Shown: in pieces, positions 21,392-29,844 of the stretch
Layout: the number at the start of each line of letters is the position of its first letter
Position numbering within the stretch: position 1 is the first letter of the stretch
NCBI GenBank assembly: GCA_050749405.1
Contig: JBOGRD010000006.1
Location: 7,878-39,877 of the forward strand
DNA from: Nitrosotalea sp.
Lineage (GTDB): Archaea > Thermoproteota > Nitrososphaeria > Nitrososphaerales > Nitrosopumilaceae
Reading direction: 5' to 3'
DNA length: 32,000 bases
Position numbers and translations under genes: made by a program
Notes under the pieces: generated by a model
The model's database searches: none
The model's input: only the letters and a program-made list of their open reading frames with translations
Told to the model about the DNA's origin: nothing

Positions 21392-23842
21392 TTAATCTTG
21401 GCCCTTCTTTGGCTTCCATCTCTTTAGCAGTAAAGAGTTTGTCGTTACTGATACTGAGCTTGCAGCCATGGTAAGACCTGCAAGTGCGGGATAGAGAAAT
21501 CCAAGACCGGCTACAGGAATGAAAATTACGTTGTATGCAAATGCGTAGAAGATGTTTTGCCTTATCTTGTTTACCGTCTTTTTACTAATCTCAATTGCAG
21601 CAATGACATCATTGAGGTCATCACGAACAAGAACCACATTTCCTGCTTCTATTGCAATATCGGTACCACTACCTATTGCTATGCCAATGTCTGCCTGAGT
21701 AAGTGCGGCTGCATCATTTATGCCGTCTCCTATCATTGCGATCTTATTTCCTTCTTGCTGTAGTTTTTTTATCACATCAACTTTCTGTGAAGGAACTACG
21801 TTTGCAATTACCTCGTCTATCGCAAGTTCTTTTGCAATTGTCTTTGCGGTTCTTTCATTGTCTCCAGTTAGCATTACTACTTTGATTCCAATCTTCTTCA
21901 ATGCCTGCAAAGCCCCTTTAGCGCTCTTCTTTGGGGTGTCAAGCAACGCAATTATGCCAACAAGTTCTTTGTCAAGCGCAACCAACACGACCGTCTTTCC
22001 TTCCTCTTGTAATGTTTCCATCGACTCTTCTACAACTTTTACATCAATACCACTGTCTTGCATGAAATCTGCACTTCCTACAAGAATGCTGTTCTTGTTG
22101 TAGACTATCTCAACCCCTCTTCCTGGAACTGTAAAGAATTCTGTTGGCTCGTCGATTTTTAATCCAAGTTCCCTTGTTTTCTGCACTATAGACTTTGCAA
22201 GTGGATGCTCGGAATTCTTTTCGGCAATTGCTGCAAGCTCTAGCATTCTGTTGCTATCACTGCTTATACCATTGCTGCCTTCTGATGCGGGTGCTATCTG
22301 TTTTAGAGTTATCAGATCGGTAACATGCGGAGTACCTTGTGTTAACGTTCCTGTCTTGTCAAAGACTGCAACCTTGATCTTGCCAAGCATCTCAAGAGCT
22401 TCACCTCCCTTGAATATCACTCCATTCTGAGCGCCCTTACTCATGCCAACCATAACAGCTGTCGGTGTTGCAAGACCCAAGGCACACGGACATGCCACTA
22501 CAAGTACGGCTACAGCTGGAATCATAGCTGTTGCAACAAGATGTGCACCTGCGGGAGTAACAACGTACCATGTCAGGAAGGTAGCAAGCGCAATACCCAT
22601 CACAATAAATGCAAAGTATCCTGCTACCTTGTCAACCAGTCTTTGCATCGGAGGCTTTCTTCCCATTGCCTCCTCTACGAGTTTTACAACCTGAGCCAGC
22701 ATTGTATCGTTGCCAACCTTGGATGCCTTTACTACAAGCATACCTTCTTTGTTTACGGTTCCACCTATCACTTCGTCGCCTGGTTTTTTCTCAACAGGCA
22801 TGGATTCTCCTGTAATCATGGACTGGTCCACGGCAGAATGTCCATCAAGCACAACACTATCAACTGGAATCTTCTCGCCTGGTCTTACAACAATCACATC
22901 TCCCGGTTTGAGCATCTCTATTGGAACCTCTAACTCTTGTCCATCTTTCTTGATCCTCGTGTTCTTGGGTTGAAGTTCAAGCATCTTTCTGATTATCGAT
23001 GATGCCTTTCCTTTTGTTTTGTTTTCAAGATATTTTCCTAAAATTATGAAAGTTATCACAACTGATGCTGCATCGTAGTATAGGTTGTGCCATGATGGTA
23101 TAGGAAACGTATTGAACGCGCTGAATAGGTATGCTGCAGTGGTTCCAGTGATGACAAGCGTATCCATGTTTGCAGACTTCATTTTGGCAATTCTGTATGC
23201 GCCAACATAGAACCTGCTTCCAGTTACGAACTGGACTATACTTGCACATGCAAAAATTATGTAGGCAGCCGTAGCAGTTCCGGCTAAAGGCACAAACGAA
23301 AGATATTCAGGATAGCCAAAAATCATGATTGGAATCGTGAACGCAAGTCCGATCAGAAATAATTTCTTGAGTTTTCTTGCCTCTACCTCTTCTGCTGATG
23401 CAGAGAGATCCTCGCTTAGTATTTGATAGCCACTTTTGTTAATGGTTTGCCTTATGTCAGAAAGGGACAACAGAGCTTGGTTGTATTCCACTAAGACCTG
23501 TCCATTTCCAAAATTTACTGAGGCATTCTTTACGCCTTCCAGCTGTTTTAATCTGTTTTCCAATTTGCCAGAGTCGCTGGAATCTGTTATGTTTCCTATC
23601 TTGATTGACAGTTTTTCGTAAACTACTTTATACCCAGCTTCTTGCACTGCATTCTCTATTGTAAAAAGATCTACTGATGAAGGATCAAATTCTAGAGTTG
23701 CTTTTTCTGCTGCAAGGTTGACCTCACATTTCCTTACCCCATTCAATTCCATGAGATGATTCTGAATGGAGTTAACACATCCTGCACAGTGCATGCCGCC
23801 TATCTTAAGCACTGTTTTTTCCAATTGCTTGGTTTTTTCCAT
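21392..23842 (-). CDS. copA: Copper(I)-translocating P1B-1-type ATPase
   Basis: N-terminal HMA domain GMHCAGC; a second HMA-like fold without Cys ([10 protein letters not shown]). CPC ([12 protein letters not shown]), DKTGTLT, SEHPLA and [10 protein letters not shown] motifs are present. The Cu+ selectivity signatures N-x6-YN-x4-P ([14 protein letters not shown]) and M-x2-SS-x5-N ([11 protein letters not shown]) are also present. Confidence 0.93.
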   Translation of the reverse strand: MEKTKQLEKTVLKIGGMHCAGCVNSIQNHLMELNGVRKCEVNLAAEKATLEFDPSSVDLFTIENAVQEAGYKVVYEKLSIKIGNITDSSDSGKLENRLKQLEGVKNASVNFGNGQVLVEYNQALLSLSDIRQTINKSGYQILSEDLSASAEEVEARKLKKLFLIGLAFTIPIMIFGYPEYLSFVPLAGTATAAYIIFACASIVQFVTGSRFYVGAYRIAKMKSANMDTLVITGTTAAYLFSAFNTFPIPSWHNLYYDAASVVITFIILGKYLENKTKGKASSIIRKMLELQPKNTRIKKDGQELEVPIEMLKPGDVIVVRPGEKIPVDSVVLDGHSAVDQSMITGESMPVEKKPGDEVIGGTVNKEGMLVVKASKVGNDTMLAQVVKLVEEAMGRKPPMQRLVDKVAGYFAFIVMGIALATFLTWYVVTPAGAHLVATAMIPAVAVLVVACPCALGLATPTAVMVGMSKGAQNGVIFKGGEALEMLGKIKVAVFDKTGTLTQGTPHVTDLITLKQIAPASEGSNGISSDSNRMLELAAIAEKNSEHPLAKSIVQKTRELGLKIDEPTEFFTVPGRGVEIVYNKNSILVGSADFMQDSGIDVKVVEESMETLQEEGKTVVLVALDKELVGIIALLDTPKKSAKGALQALKKIGIKVVMLTGDNERTAKTIAKELAIDEVIANVVPSQKVDVIKKLQQEGNKIAMIGDGINDAAALTQADIGIAIGSGTDIAIEAGNVVLVRDDLNDVIAAIEISKKTVNKIRQNIFYAFAYNVIFIPVAGLGFLYPALAGLTMAASSVSVTTNSLLLKRWKPKKGQD

Positions 23843-23879
23843 GTTATAATTAACCGGATATCATACTTAACGCCTGAAC

Positions 23880-23893
23880 TTTACAATTGTAAA
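23880..23893. promoter_or_regulatory. Perfect 14-bp palindrome TTTACAATTGTAAA in the copA / arsR-like divergent intergenic region (candidate operator)
   Basis: TTTACAA|TTGTAAA is exactly self-complementary. It lies 38-51 nt upstream of the copA ATG (23842) and 48-61 nt upstream of ATG 23941, just outside the TTTTAATTAG box (23908-23917) of the + gene. Confidence 0.45.
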
Positions 23894-23940
23894 AAACCAT
23901 AAAGATGTTTTAATTAGATGGTGGTACAGGAAGGCATACA

Positions 23941-24243
23941 ATGCCAGCAGACCCATATGCAAAGCGCCTTCTCTGGTTTGTGTTCATGGGCTCAAGAGGT
24001 GGATTGAACCGGATGAGAATCATCTCTGTCATACGCAAAAGACCTCTCAATGCAAACCAACTGGCAAAAGAGTTGGGTTTAGACTACAAGGCAATACAGC
24101 ACCATATTGGGGTGCTTGAAAAAAATAACCTCATAACGCGTATAGGAGAAAAATACGGCACGACTTATTTTATATCTACATTTTTGGAGGTTAACTTGGA
24201 GGCATTTGATGAAATTGTAACCAAATTGGAAAAAAGTAAATAA
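23941..24243 (+). CDS. ArsR-family winged-helix transcriptional regulator
   Basis: RMRIISVIRKRPLNANQLAKELGLDYKAIQHHIGVLEKNNLITRIGEKYGTTYFIS has the HTH-plus-wing layout of ArsR/SmtB-like regulators. No obvious metal-binding Cys pair is present. Confidence 0.7.
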   Translation: MPADPYAKRLLWFVFMGSRGGLNRMRIISVIRKRPLNANQLAKELGLDYKAIQHHIGVLEKNNLITRIGEKYGTTYFISTFLEVNLEAFDEIVTKLEKSK

Positions 24244-24270
24244 GCTTTGCAAGGCTGAAGTTTTTTGTAA

Positions 24271-24555
24271 ATGGAATTCATAATGACTGTAAGCACAATT
24301 GTCTCAAGCACCAACATGGTAGTATTGGGAATACTGATGGGGATCTTCGGCAAGATGTACTCAAAAACAAAGGCACAGCTTCCGCTAGGCATGATATTTT
24401 TCTCAGGTCTGCTCTTTTTGCATAATGTAATCACGGTTTATGCATATTTTTCAATGATGGAACTTTACGCAGCGGCTCTTCTGCCATATCTTTTGGCAGT
24501 GCATGCAGCAGAGCTGGCAGGAATCTTGATACTATTAAAAATAACACTACAATAG
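24271..24555 (+). CDS. Hypothetical small membrane protein (three helices)
   Basis: 94-aa hydrophobic ORF 27 nt downstream of the ArsR-like gene. Confidence 0.5.
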   Translation: MEFIMTVSTIVSSTNMVVLGILMGIFGKMYSKTKAQLPLGMIFFSGLLFLHNVITVYAYFSMMELYAAALLPYLLAVHAAELAGILILLKITLQ

Positions 24556-24590
24556 ATTTAGTTTATTTGTAACCAGAACAAAGCCAATCT

Positions 24591-25043
24591 GTGAAACAGC
24601 AGTACAAAGAATATCTAAGGCTTAACAAAAATATTCTACTCGGGTTTTCTGCATCAATTGTAATTTCTGCCGTCGTAGCCCAGTCCCTGTCAAACCAACA
24701 AAACTATGTCAACACAACAATAACTCTTGTTGTTGATTATATAGTATATTTCACAACCTTTGGTGCCTTGTTCTATCTTGACAACAAAAAAAAGTATGTG
24801 CTAGAGTCAGGTGAGGTTGATAGGGCAAACCTGAGAAGAGATCTAATAAAAATAATCTCATCGCTGGGAATAGGAGAAGTCATATATACAATTTCAAGAT
24901 GGTCACTGCAATATTACTTGCTGACAGATTCCTATGAAGCATATCTTGCATCTCTTGTGTCCCAAGCCGTCTCAACCTGTATCTATATGGTAACAATAAA
25001 CCTGAGCGTCAAACTAATGAGGTTGTACAAGGATGCCGCTTAG
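24591..25043 (+). CDS. Hypothetical membrane protein (about four helices)
   Basis: 150-aa ORF with a GTG start. Hydrophobic segments alternate with basic loops. No family asserted. Confidence 0.5.
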   Translation: MKQQYKEYLRLNKNILLGFSASIVISAVVAQSLSNQQNYVNTTITLVVDYIVYFTTFGALFYLDNKKKYVLESGEVDRANLRRDLIKIISSLGIGEVIYTISRWSLQYYLLTDSYEAYLASLVSQAVSTCIYMVTINLSVKLMRLYKDAA

Positions 25044-25389
25044 CATATTTGTCGACGGTTCTGGAGGGCTGGATTCAGGTTTCGGATTCTTTGTCAAGGA
25101 GACTGGCGAGTCATTTTACAAAAAGGAACCTGGTATAACAAACAACCAAGCTGAATTCATGGCAATAATTGCTGCACTGGAAAAATATCTTAACTCGCAA
25201 GACGAGATTGTAATATACAGCGATTCCAAAAATACAGTATCTCAGCTAAATCATGAGTTTGCAATAAACAACAGCCAACTACGAGTCCTTGCAATGGAGG
25301 CATGGGAACTTGTTGCAAAATGCAAGAATCTGAAGATAATGTGGATTCCAAGAGAGAAAAACCTGGCAGGGAAAATGCTTGGAAGCTGA
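25033..25389 (+). CDS. RNase H-like protein (type 1 / RVT_3-like fold)
   Basis: FVDGSGG (Asp), TNNQAEFMAIIAAL (Glu), IYSDSKN (Asp) and WIPREKNLAGKML follow the RNase HI order of motifs. ATG 25033 overlaps the previous gene by 11 nt. Confidence 0.7.
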   Translation: MPLSIFVDGSGGLDSGFGFFVKETGESFYKKEPGITNNQAEFMAIIAALEKYLNSQDEIVIYSDSKNTVSQLNHEFAINNSQLRVLAMEAWELVAKCKNLKIMWIPREKNLAGKMLGS

Positions 25390-25428
25390 GCCAAACCCCT
25401 TAGTATGACTGAAGGATCTCGGATAAAC

Positions 25429-25440
25429 TTATTATATATA
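25429..25440 (+). promoter_or_regulatory. TATA-like box (TTATTATATATA) of the acyl-CoA synthetase gene
   Basis: Centred ~30 nt upstream of ATG 25465. Confidence 0.45.
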
Positions 25441-25464
25441 ACAATTTGAAACCATCTCGTTAAA

Positions 25465-27570
25465 ATGGCTGATTCTCTCTTTCTCTCTCCAAAATCAATT
25501 GCCATAATTGGTGCATCAGACAAAGAAGGCAGTGTTGGCAGAGCGATCACATCAAACATTCTCAAGGGCTATACTGGTAAAATTTTTCCAATAAACCCAA
25601 CTCGAGAAACAGTCTTTGATAAAAAAGCCTATAAGAGCGTTCTAGATGTCCCGGAGGAAATAGACCTTGCAGTGGTGGTTACAAAAAACGACGTAGCACC
25701 TTCTGTCCTTGAGGAATGCGGAAAAAAGGGAATCAAGGGCGCAATCGTAATTACTGCTGGATTCAAGGAAGTAGACGAAGAGGGGGCAAAGCTTGAACGA
25801 AAGTTGGCAGAGATCTCAAAACAATACAACATTAGAATAATCGGACCAAATTGTCTTGGTGTTATGAATCTGGCTCCTCAAACAATGATGAATTCTACTT
25901 TTCTAAAGGTAACGCCCAAGTCTGGTGGAATTGCACTAGTTTCACAAAGCGGTGCTATCTGCGCAGCATTGGTGGAAGATGCTAGTGCACAAGGAATAGG
26001 ATTTTCTGCTGTAATCAGTATGGGAAACAAAGTAGACCTAAACGAGGTTGACATGCTCAAAATGTTAGCAGAACATGATCAAACAAAGGTCATTGTCATG
26101 TATCTCGAAGACATGGTAGATGGGAGAGAGTTTCTCAAAGTATGCAAACAAATCACAAGACTCGGCCAATCTAAAAAACCAGTTCTTGTTTTAAAGTCAG
26201 GACGAAGCCCGGAGGGTGCAAAAGCTGCCATGTCTCATACCGGTGCCCTCATGGGTTCTGACGAGATCTACGACGCTTTGCTTACACAGGCAGGCGCAAT
26301 TAGGGTTGACACCATGGAGGAATTGTTTGACTATGCCACAGCATTTTCAAAGCAACCGCTTCCAACAAAAGGAGATCTAGTGATTGTGTCAAATGCAGGA
26401 GGGCCTGCAATTATTTCAACAGACGCATGCTCAAAACTTGGTATAAAGATGGCAAACATAGAAGACATCAGACCTCAGATTAACGCAGTTATTCCACCAT
26501 GGGGCACATCAAGAAATCCCGTTGACATTGTAGGCGATGCAGATTACAACAGGTTTGACCATGTTCTAAATCTAGTTCTGGCCCACAAAAATGTAGGCTC
26601 TGTAATTGCAATGTGTACCCCTTCGGCAACACTGGATTACAACAAACTAGCGGAGGTTATAGTAAACGTCTCAAAGAAACACAACAAAACTATCTTGGCA
26701 AGTCTGATGGGCCTTGATGAGGGAATAAAGAACAAGGAGATACTTGCCGTAGGCGGCATTCCTCATTACAAATATGCAGAAAGTGCAATCAGGGCACTGA
26801 AGGCCATGCTGAGATTTACCCAGTGGTCACAGGCCCCTGAGGGCAAGGTGCAGCAATTCAATGTAAACAAGAAAAAAGTGGAACAAATTTTTGCCAAGGT
26901 AAGATCAGATGGAAGAAAAAACCTGCTAGAAGAGGAAGGACAAGAAGTACTAAAAGCCTATGGCGTACCGCTCCCAAAAAGCATTCTTGCTACCAAAGAA
27001 AAAGAAGCACTCTTTGCAGCAAAGAAAATTGGATATCCAGTTGTCATGAAGATTGCATCACCACAAATCATTCACAAGTCTGATGCCGGCGGAGTAAAGG
27101 TAGGGATGAAGACTGTCCAAGAAGTAAAGGCAGCATTTAAGGAGATAATCAAGAACGCAAAAAAATACGACAAGAAGGCAATAATCAAAGGAGTCTTGGT
27201 CCAAGAAATGGTAAAGGGGGGAAAGGAAACAATTGTTGGCTCAAAACAAGAGCCAGGATTTGGACCCGTCGTGATGTTTGGAATGGGAGGAATATATGTC
27301 GAAGTTCTCAAAGATGTTACTTTTAGAATAACACCAACCACTAATTTTGAAGCAGATGAAATGGTATCGTCTATCAAGACAAACAAGCTATTACAGGGCG
27401 TAAGAGGAGAAAAACCATCTGACGTGCAAAAATTATCAGAATGCATTCAGAAAATTTCTCAGCTTGTGACTGATTTTGAGGAGATAAAAGAGCTTGATCT
27501 GAATCCAGTACTTGTATTTGAAAAGGGCAAGGGCTGTAAGGTGGTTGACGTAAGAATTGGCCTCTCTTAG
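25465..27570 (+). CDS. ADP-forming acyl-CoA synthetase (fused alpha/beta NDP-forming type); probable 4-hydroxybutyrate-CoA ligase of the HP/HB cycle
   Basis: N-terminal CoA-binding SIAIIGASDKEGSVGRAI, a succinyl-CoA-synthetase-like flavodoxin domain, and a C-terminal ATP-grasp (GYPVVMKIASPQIIHKSDAGGVKVG). Its length (701 aa) and its position directly upstream of the 4-hydroxybutyryl-CoA dehydratase match the arrangement reported for Nitrosopumilus maritimus. Substrate is inferred from context only. Confidence 0.85.
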   Translation: MADSLFLSPKSIAIIGASDKEGSVGRAITSNILKGYTGKIFPINPTRETVFDKKAYKSVLDVPEEIDLAVVVTKNDVAPSVLEECGKKGIKGAIVITAGFKEVDEEGAKLERKLAEISKQYNIRIIGPNCLGVMNLAPQTMMNSTFLKVTPKSGGIALVSQSGAICAALVEDASAQGIGFSAVISMGNKVDLNEVDMLKMLAEHDQTKVIVMYLEDMVDGREFLKVCKQITRLGQSKKPVLVLKSGRSPEGAKAAMSHTGALMGSDEIYDALLTQAGAIRVDTMEELFDYATAFSKQPLPTKGDLVIVSNAGGPAIISTDACSKLGIKMANIEDIRPQINAVIPPWGTSRNPVDIVGDADYNRFDHVLNLVLAHKNVGSVIAMCTPSATLDYNKLAEVIVNVSKKHNKTILASLMGLDEGIKNKEILAVGGIPHYKYAESAIRALKAMLRFTQWSQAPEGKVQQFNVNKKKVEQIFAKVRSDGRKNLLEEEGQEVLKAYGVPLPKSILATKEKEALFAAKKIGYPVVMKIASPQIIHKSDAGGVKVGMKTVQEVKAAFKEIIKNAKKYDKKAIIKGVLVQEMVKGGKETIVGSKQEPGFGPVVMFGMGGIYVEVLKDVTFRITPTTNFEADEMVSSIKTNKLLQGVRGEKPSDVQKLSECIQKISQLVTDFEEIKELDLNPVLVFEKGKGCKVVDVRIGLS

Positions 27571-27588
27571 GGCCACGCATCATGCTGG

Positions 27589-27604
27589 TTATAATATTTA
27601 TATT
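27589..27604 (+). promoter_or_regulatory. TATA-like region (TTATAATATTTATATT) of the dehydratase gene
   Basis: Centred ~30 nt upstream of ATG 27627. Confidence 0.4.
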
Positions 27605-27626
27605 ACTTTGAGAGAGAATAGCAGAT

Positions 27627-29135
27627 ATGCCAATTAAGACAGGGGCCGAGTACATACAAAGTCTCAGGGGCAGAAAGATGAAGGTATATCTTTTTGGCGA
27701 ACTTGTAGAGGAACCTGTGGACCACCCAATGATTCGTCCATCAATTAATGCTGTAGCGGAGACTTTTGATCTAGCTGTGCAAGAAGGCGAGCTTGCAAGT
27801 ACAAAATCATCACTTAGCGGTCAGCAAGTAAACAGGTTTCTGCATATAGTAGAGAGTGCAGACGATTTGGTAAACCAAAACAAGATGCAGAGAAAGTTGG
27901 GCCAACTTACAGGCACATGCTTCCAGAGGTGTGTAGGAATGGACGCAATAAATTCATTATATTCTGTTACTTTTGAAATTGATGAAAAATACAAGACAGA
28001 CTATCACAAAAGACTGGTAGAATTTATCAAGATGGCCCAAAAAGAAAATTATGTAATCGGCGGTGCCATGACAGATCCTAAGGGAGACAGGAGCAAGGCA
28101 CCATATGAACAAGAAGACCCAGATGTCTTTTTGCATATCGTTGAAAAAAATGACAAAGGAATTATTGTAAAAGGTGCCAAGGCACATCAAACTGGCTGCA
28201 TTAATTCACACTGGATAATATTCATGCCAACAATGCGGCTGCAGGAAAACGATCGTGACTATGCAGTAGTTGGTGCCGTGCCAGCAGATGCACCAGGTAT
28301 AACATACATTTACGGTAGGCAGTCGTGTGACACGCGAAGCATGGAAGAAGGTGACCTTGATTCTGGCAACTCCAAGTTTGCAGGCCAGGAGGCAATGATA
28401 ATTTTTGATAATGTTTTTGTTCCATGGGAGCACGTCTTTATGAACGGAGAGCATGAATTTGCGTCAATGCTGGTAGAGAGATTCACTTGTTACCATAGAA
28501 GAAGCTATGTCTGCAAGACAGGCCTTGGAGATGTACTGATTGGGGCATCTGCAGCAATTGCTGATTACAACGGAGTACCACATGTATCTCATATTAGAGA
28601 CAAGCTAGTAGAGATGACTCACCTAAACGAGACGATATATGCCGCAGGCATAGCGTCTTCATATCAAGCCCATCGTACAAAATCTGGTAACTGGATAAAT
28701 GACGATATGCTTGCAAACGTATGCAAGCACAATGTCACAAGATTCCCGTATGAGATAGGAAGACTTGCACAAGACATTGCTGGCGGACTCATGGTTACAC
28801 TCCCATCTGAGAAAGACTTTAGAAATCCAACGACAGGTCCCATGCTGAAAAAGTACCTCAAGGGTAGAAAAGGCGTTGACGTTGAAAACAGAATGCGAAT
28901 CTTAAGGTTGATAGAGAACATGACTATGGGAAGAAATGCAGTAGGCTATCTTACCGAGTCCATGCATGGGGCAGGCTCGCCGCAGGCGCAAAGAATTAAC
29001 ATTGCAAGACAGATGCAACTAGAATACAAAAAGCAACTTGCCAAGAGCCTGGCAAATGTAAAGGAGGACGAAGAATCTACATCCGAACCGTCTGACTATT
29101 TCCAAAGAGTGTTTAAGATAAGCACCACAAAATAA
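27627..29135 (+). CDS. 4-hydroxybutyryl-CoA dehydratase (AbfD / 4-hydroxyphenylacetate hydroxylase-like family)
   Basis: 502 aa. N-terminus MPIKTGAEYIQSLRGRK..YLFGE. Fe-S ligand-like motifs GTCFQRCVG (CxxxC) and CYHRRSYVC are present, and overall layout fits the AbfD family. Confidence 0.88.
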   Translation: MPIKTGAEYIQSLRGRKMKVYLFGELVEEPVDHPMIRPSINAVAETFDLAVQEGELASTKSSLSGQQVNRFLHIVESADDLVNQNKMQRKLGQLTGTCFQRCVGMDAINSLYSVTFEIDEKYKTDYHKRLVEFIKMAQKENYVIGGAMTDPKGDRSKAPYEQEDPDVFLHIVEKNDKGIIVKGAKAHQTGCINSHWIIFMPTMRLQENDRDYAVVGAVPADAPGITYIYGRQSCDTRSMEEGDLDSGNSKFAGQEAMIIFDNVFVPWEHVFMNGEHEFASMLVERFTCYHRRSYVCKTGLGDVLIGASAAIADYNGVPHVSHIRDKLVEMTHLNETIYAAGIASSYQAHRTKSGNWINDDMLANVCKHNVTRFPYEIGRLAQDIAGGLMVTLPSEKDFRNPTTGPMLKKYLKGRKGVDVENRMRILRLIENMTMGRNAVGYLTESMHGAGSPQAQRINIARQMQLEYKKQLAKSLANVKEDEESTSEPSDYFQRVFKISTTK

Positions 29136-29144
29136 TAAAAAAAT

Positions 29145-29792
29145 CTACTCTTTCTTTTCTTCTGGTTCTTGGTCTTTATTGTTGTCGGGTTTGGCATATT
29201 CTTTGTCAGCCAAGTTCCTTGTTTCAGCTGGAACACTTGAGTTGCCAGAGTCTGAAGGCGGGTCTTTGCTAGAAAGAACACCAACCGTGTCTGTCTTGGA
29301 TTTCCCAAATTGCTTTACAATCATGATCCCGACTATTACCGCTATTATGATGTAATTGATGGGTGGGGTGAGAATTCTTGTGACATAACCTATCTGAGGA
29401 ACTACATACACCACCTTTCCAATGTAATCTTTCTGTGTTATTGGAAAGTCAACCCCTGGTATGGAACCTGGATTTGCATCACCTTTTGTTCTAATTGTGA
29501 GTGGATTCTGGTTGAGTATCTGGGCAACTCGATGAACTATTACTTTGTCATGGGTAATTGGTACATTGAAAACAATAATGTCTCCCACCTTGATGTGGTC
29601 AAAAGGAATATTTCCGTTAACAACAATCACATCAAATATGTTTAGGTTTGGGACCATACTTCCGCTAGAAACCACATAAAATGGATTCTCAGTACCTAAT
29701 GTAACCCTCAACCCTATCCATATTATTGCAATTCCTATTACTACAATTATGATATCCTTTACAATACCTGATGCAGCAGAATTTTTTTTCAA
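29145..29792 (-). CDS. Signal peptidase I, archaeal/eukaryal Sec11 (S26B) type
   Basis: N-terminal membrane anchor, SSGSMVPNL (catalytic Ser box), VIVHRV (His box), TKGDANPGS.D (conserved GDxN box). A long acidic/basic low-complexity C-terminal tail follows. Confidence 0.8.
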   Translation of the reverse strand: MKKNSAASGIVKDIIIVVIGIAIIWIGLRVTLGTENPFYVVSSGSMVPNLNIFDVIVVNGNIPFDHIKVGDIIVFNVPITHDKVIVHRVAQILNQNPLTIRTKGDANPGSIPGVDFPITQKDYIGKVVYVVPQIGYVTRILTPPINYIIIAVIVGIMIVKQFGKSKTDTVGVLSSKDPPSDSGNSSVPAETRNLADKEYAKPDNNKDQEPEEKKE

Positions 29793-29844
29793 TTATATTT
29801 TGTCCTTAAAACTCGTAAGATAAATCTTGCTTAACATTGTATTT

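Noticed and set aside
21557-23621. Many 60-130-aa ORFs in the track on the plus strand, plus one alternative-frame minus-strand ORF, within this span
   Set aside because: All lie inside copA, which has a complete set of P-type ATPase motifs. Their translations are low-complexity with no start context. They are typical shadow ORFs of a long gene.
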